From positions 15,252,001 to 15,316,000 of the forward strand of contig OZ365111.1 of NCBI GenBank assembly GCA_977030845.1: 64,000 nucleotides of DNA, in the 5' to 3' direction. The notes under the pieces were generated by a model, which saw only the letters and a program-made list of their open reading frames with translations, made no database searches and had not been told where the DNA came from. The translations under genes and the position numbers were made by a program. This DNA comes from Fimbriosthenelais zetlandica. Taxonomy: Eukaryota. Positions 61,022 through 64,000 of this stretch are shown here, one piece after another. How positions within the stretch are numbered: the first letter of the stretch is position 1; every line of letters begins with the position of its first letter.

Positions 61022-62533
61022 CGTGGTCGTTGATTAAATGATTTGAATATTCTGAAATTTGTATTCAAAAAGCTGGTGTTAAATAGCAGTTGTATATAGA
61101 TATACGGTGGGTTAAAATCTGTAATAACTGTAGCTAGACATCATATGCTTCAAGTTCATGAGCTAAAAAAATGTCTACTCGAGTAGGCCTACTACTAGGT
61201 GAGTAGGTCTGTAAATCTGAGCATGATCATCATGTCATTCATGATGTTGTCTACTGTCACTACTGCTTTTGTAACGAAAAATCAAAATATTGGACAAATA
61301 TAAACCATCTAGATCTAGATCTATACTATAGCAGCAGCTAGACAATCTAGAGATCTAGCGAGGGGCAAATTATTTCTTGAAAATCATTTAACAGTTTCAA
61401 GTTAAGTTATGTTAACCTCGATAATCCTGCCGTGTTTGATGCTCTTCACTTCAGTCTTCACCGATTCTCAACTTACAAAATTAAAACGCTCTTTACAAGA
61501 ATATCGTAACAACTTTCAAAGAAAAATTGTCATTGGCTTTGAAGAACATGTATTCAACCTCAAAAATACAGATTGTCAAATGTTTATATGAGCTAGGCAA
61601 TGATTTAGAGACAAAAGTTTAGGGAGGTGTTGAGACAACATACCTTTTTTTCTGCTTGTAAAACGTGGTCTGGTTGCTAAGTTGTTGTAAGGGTGGACCT
61701 TAGCAACGGAAGTGCTTAACAAAGAGTGCTCCGCAGTAACTCAAAGCGGCTTTGTTAAGCCGTCAAGCGGAATTTTATTAACTGAACTAGAAGATCTAGA
61801 CTAAAAGTTCATTCACAATTAATTACGATTATTATTAACAAAATTATACATGTGCGATAACCATGCTACCACAGCACCAGGCTTATTTACCTCTTCCCAT
61901 GGCTCTGATCGACCTGCCACCTTGAGTGAATATAAAGAACTAAAATCGGGCGGGGGAGCGGGGTGGTGGGGGTGTAGGGTTTAGAAGGGGGGCAAGGCTG
62001 TACCCTTACATAAATGTCTACGTCTATGACCCCTCCCATTTCTTAGGACTCAGACCCCTTGCTTTAATAAAACTGAATCTTCATTCTTCATGGTATAATA
62101 ACTAGTTTCGGGACTCCATAGTTCTCACGTCTCAACTCAAGCACAAATTTTAGAGGACACATCCCAAACTCAAAATTTATGTTAATGATTTTATTTGACA
62201 TTTTTTACATTTTAAAATACATTTTATTGTTGCGACAAATTTAATACTGGTATGATATTTTGACAATTAAATATTTCACAGCAAGAACTGCAGTACAGAA
62301 CTGCTCATTATGATATATCATGTATTTGTTCCAGACAAAGGTCCTTTGATTCTAAAAATTTAATTAGGCTTGGAACATTTCCGAGCCCCTCAATCAGTAG
62401 TTGACCATTGGAGACTCGACGACTGAACTGAACATTGACTGGTGCTACATATAGATGCCTGACTTTGCTGAACGACCTTTAAAATATGTTTGAGCTTGGA
62501 TGTTTGGCTGTACGTTGTGGTACTGGCTATGAC

Positions 62534-64000
62534 TCAAAATGCTGGATAGGGTGAGCTTCTCCTGCGTGCTGGGTTCTGTCCTGGAACGTGGCTGAAGCTC
62601 TGTGGCTCGCCTTGCTTGCCGTTTCTATCAGGCACGGCTGGAGGTACAGCATTATGAGGACCAGGGTAGCTTCTCAGCTTCCTTATCTCGTTCTTTTGAC
62701 TGCAATGACATGAATGACTTATAAATATTGAGTGGCAATTCCACTGTCCTTTCTAGGCCGAGAAGCTTTACAATTTTGAATTACAGTGCTTCCTCCACAT
62801 CCGACCACCCCCACCCCCCACCCCCTAAACCAACCACCCCTTTCAACCGACCATGATCCTCTGGTCCTATTTGCTTTCTTTTTTGCCTAACATACCCTCT
62901 TAACTGACCATCTCCTTATAGAGATCTTTTTGTTAGTCACAAAGGTAGTCGGTTTAAGTGGGGAACACTGTACGTTCAATACGCTTACATTATAAGTTTC
63001 AATATGCATACAACATACAAGGACACATAAGTTCCAGTTAAAAATTGCTGAAATTTTAACTTCAATTTCATTGTTCATAATTTTAATTTTGAAACGGCAT
63101 TGTATGAAAAGGTGTTAGTGATTAAAGTTACTTACTTGGAGATATCACTTTGACTTGAGATAAACTTGTTTTTCCACATTCCACGTTCACTGTTCTGCTT
63201 GTACAGCTCGGCTGTCAGATTTTGACATCTGATCTGCAAGGTTCTTACTTCATCTGGAATTGTATGCTCATGCGCCTTGGTCAGTTCTCTTGATAGGTCT
63301 TCAATTTTCTCCATCAAGTTCTTCCGTTCATCTTGCCATTTAGCCTGTGCTTCAACTTCTTTGTTCATCTGGCTGTTTCCATTCTCATACATGGACAACT
63401 CTGCACTCAGTTCATCACATTTGGCCTGCAAGACTTTGCATTCGTCTTCCACTTTAGCCTGAACTTCAACCTCCTTCTTCAACTGGCTTTTTTTCAGTCT
63501 GTTAAAGAAAACATCATATTATTTACTCAATTGTTCATGAAACATAAATTCCAATTAAGAAGCTGCTGAAATTATAACATGATCAATTTCAGTGTGCATA
63601 ATGTTAATTTTGAAACGTCATTTCATGATAAGGCTCCAGTGATCTACTCACCTTGAGATCTCACATTCCAGCTTGTGCACCAGGTTCTTGTATTTCTCCT
63701 TACGTTCCCAGACTACTTTTGACTGATCTTCTTCGTGAGCAAGTTGATCCTCAACACGCATAAACTTTTTTTTCCAGAAGTTGCGTTCATTGTTCAGCTT
63801 GTTCAGCTCGACTGTCATCTGATCTGCAAGGCTGTTTGTTCATCTGGAGTTGTATGCTCCTGCGATTTGGTCAGCTCTCTTGATTGGTTTTCATCTTTTT
63901 CCATCAAGGTCTTTTGTTCATCTTGCCATTTAGCCTGTGCTTCAGCCTCCTTCATCAACTGGCTGTTTTCATTTGCATACTTGGTAAGATCAGCAGTCAG
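62534..64000 (-). pseudogene. Coiled-coil tandem-repeat gene, copy 3 (3-prime part only; frameshifted)
   Basis: Exons 62699-62534 and 63498-63136 are intact. The large exon (from 63652 upward) lacks 10 nt (attttgacat) present in copy 2, giving an in-frame TGA at 63815-63817. The gene runs off the window end. Confidence 0.65.

Larger units (their letters stand above)
48637..64000. repeat. Head-to-tail segmental duplication, ~6.9-7.0 kb unit, at least 3 copies
   Basis: Homologous stop codons at 48655, 55682 and 62534 (periods 7027 and 6852). Introns and spacers are also highly similar. Confidence 0.97.

Overview
Eukaryotic genomic DNA from an invertebrate deuterostome, probably an echinoderm (sea-urchin-like; the taxon is inferred). 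Three gene loci were reconstructed by hand from splice sites and reading-frame phase. (1) A two-exon Pax1/9 gene on the minus strand (paired domain plus octapeptide, 315 aa). A 2.1-kb foldback-like element built from palindromic tandem repeats lies downstream of it, and ~11 kb without recognisable coding sequence lies upstream. (2) A 57-exon plus-strand gene (25096-47848, ~2,920 aa) with a doubled Roco architecture: LRR - degenerate Roc - COR-like - unassigned domain - single MBT repeat with intact cage residues - LRR - intact Roc - COR - TIR lacking the catalytic Glu - TIR retaining it - C-terminal domain - CaaX box (CNVM). This is the main candidate for an undescribed system. (3) A head-to-tail array of ~7-kb duplications on the minus strand. 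Each copy carries a coiled-coil gene with 11 x 114-bp Cys-containing repeats; two copies are intact and the third, partial copy is frameshifted. Several DNA-transposon derivatives (MITEs and a 3.2-kb TIR element) lie in introns. No rRNA, tRNA or CRISPR array was found. All family assignments are by eye; no searches were run.
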